64,000 bases of DNA, taken from IMG/VR virus record IMGVR_UViG_2513237354_000022, positions 1 to 64,000 of that record. One strand, written 5' to 3'. Source of the stretch: a virus (Duplodnaviria > Caudoviricetes). The position numbers and the translations under genes are program-made. Within the stretch, counting starts at the first letter, position 1. Each line of letters opens with the position of its first letter. Positions 63,656-64,000 of the stretch are shown here, one piece after another. The notes below the pieces were generated by a model. It was not told the DNA's origin and searched no databases. It saw nothing but the letters and a program-made list of their open reading frames with translations.

Positions 63656-64000
63656 CATGCACCTCATACTTAAACGAATAACCATGGCTACTGGCGTAGA
63701 TACCGTTGCAACAGCGAGGAATAGATCCTGACGGGATGCAGAGCTCTCTTGCTGCTTCTGCTGCGCTACCAAATCTGGTTATTACGCCGCTATGCAAGCA
63801 TGTAGCTACAACCGATTTAGAGCTATGGTGCTTATCACCCAGCTTTCCTTTATGTCCGCCTCTGGATTTTTTACCCAAGGAATCGAACGAGTGCTGGATA
63901 TTCTCCTGGCAAGTAACCCATTCAAGGTTTTCCAGCCGATTGTCATCGCGAATACCGTTTAAGTGATTTACCTGCTCACCCTCAGCGGGTTCACGCATAA
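63648..64000 (-). CDS. HNH endonuclease with NUMOD1-like C-terminal domain (5' end outside window)
   Basis: VNHLNGIRDDNRLENLEWVT; F.SAAEAAREL...I..CC.G...GY.FKY. Confidence 0.85.
   Translation of the reverse strand, partial: MREPAEGEQVNHLNGIRDDNRLENLEWVTCQENIQHSFDSLGKKSRGGHKGKLGDKHHSSKSVVATCLHSGVITRFGSAAEAARELCIPSGSIPRCCNGIYASSHGYSFKYEVHDA

Larger units (their letters stand above)
35498..64000 (-). mobile_element. Prophage 2 integrated at the argW 3' end (extends beyond window)
   Basis: IntS then complete tail, head, packaging, lysis, Q-position and nin-region genes; no IS or frameshift seen. Confidence 0.92.

Noticed and set aside
1-64000. CRISPR array, rRNA or additional tRNAs
   Set aside because: No regularly spaced direct repeats or further cloverleaf/rRNA sequence was noticed by eye; tRNAscan-SE and a CRISPR finder would confirm.

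Overview
Enterobacterales-type chromosome segment centred on tRNA-Arg(CCT) argW (35423-35497), with an integrase pointing away from the tRNA on each side. Almost the whole window is two contractile-tail prophages, both with late genes on the minus strand. Left end (1-5118): an IS66, a spike-gene scrap from a third phage, an IS630, a possible retron-type RT relic, a TraR-like gene and a DUF333 lipoprotein gene. Prophage 1 (about 5292-35420) is defective. Its late operon (holin to tail-fibre chaperone) is bracketed by two inverted copies of a 173-bp MITE with IS903-like ends, and all early, replication and Q genes are missing. terS is split by a second IS630, an IS10-group IS4 sits in the terminator after the capsid gene, and several head or neck genes carry short frameshifts, while tail and lysis genes are almost all intact. 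Prophage 2 (35498 to beyond 64000) has a KpLE1/HK620-type IntS and looks intact from the nin region and putative Q to the tail fibre. Most striking: both prophages carry, inside the late operon, the same three-gene cassette (Maf/MptE/sialyltransferase-like + GT9-like glycosyltransferase + SAM methyltransferase), a candidate virion or glycan modification system. Other accessory loci are a Tlde1-like L,D-transpeptidase toxin with a putative immunity gene, a membrane-anchored Mu gpF-like domain, a TA island and several small membrane or lipoprotein morons. All family calls are from motif recognition by eye; no database search was run.
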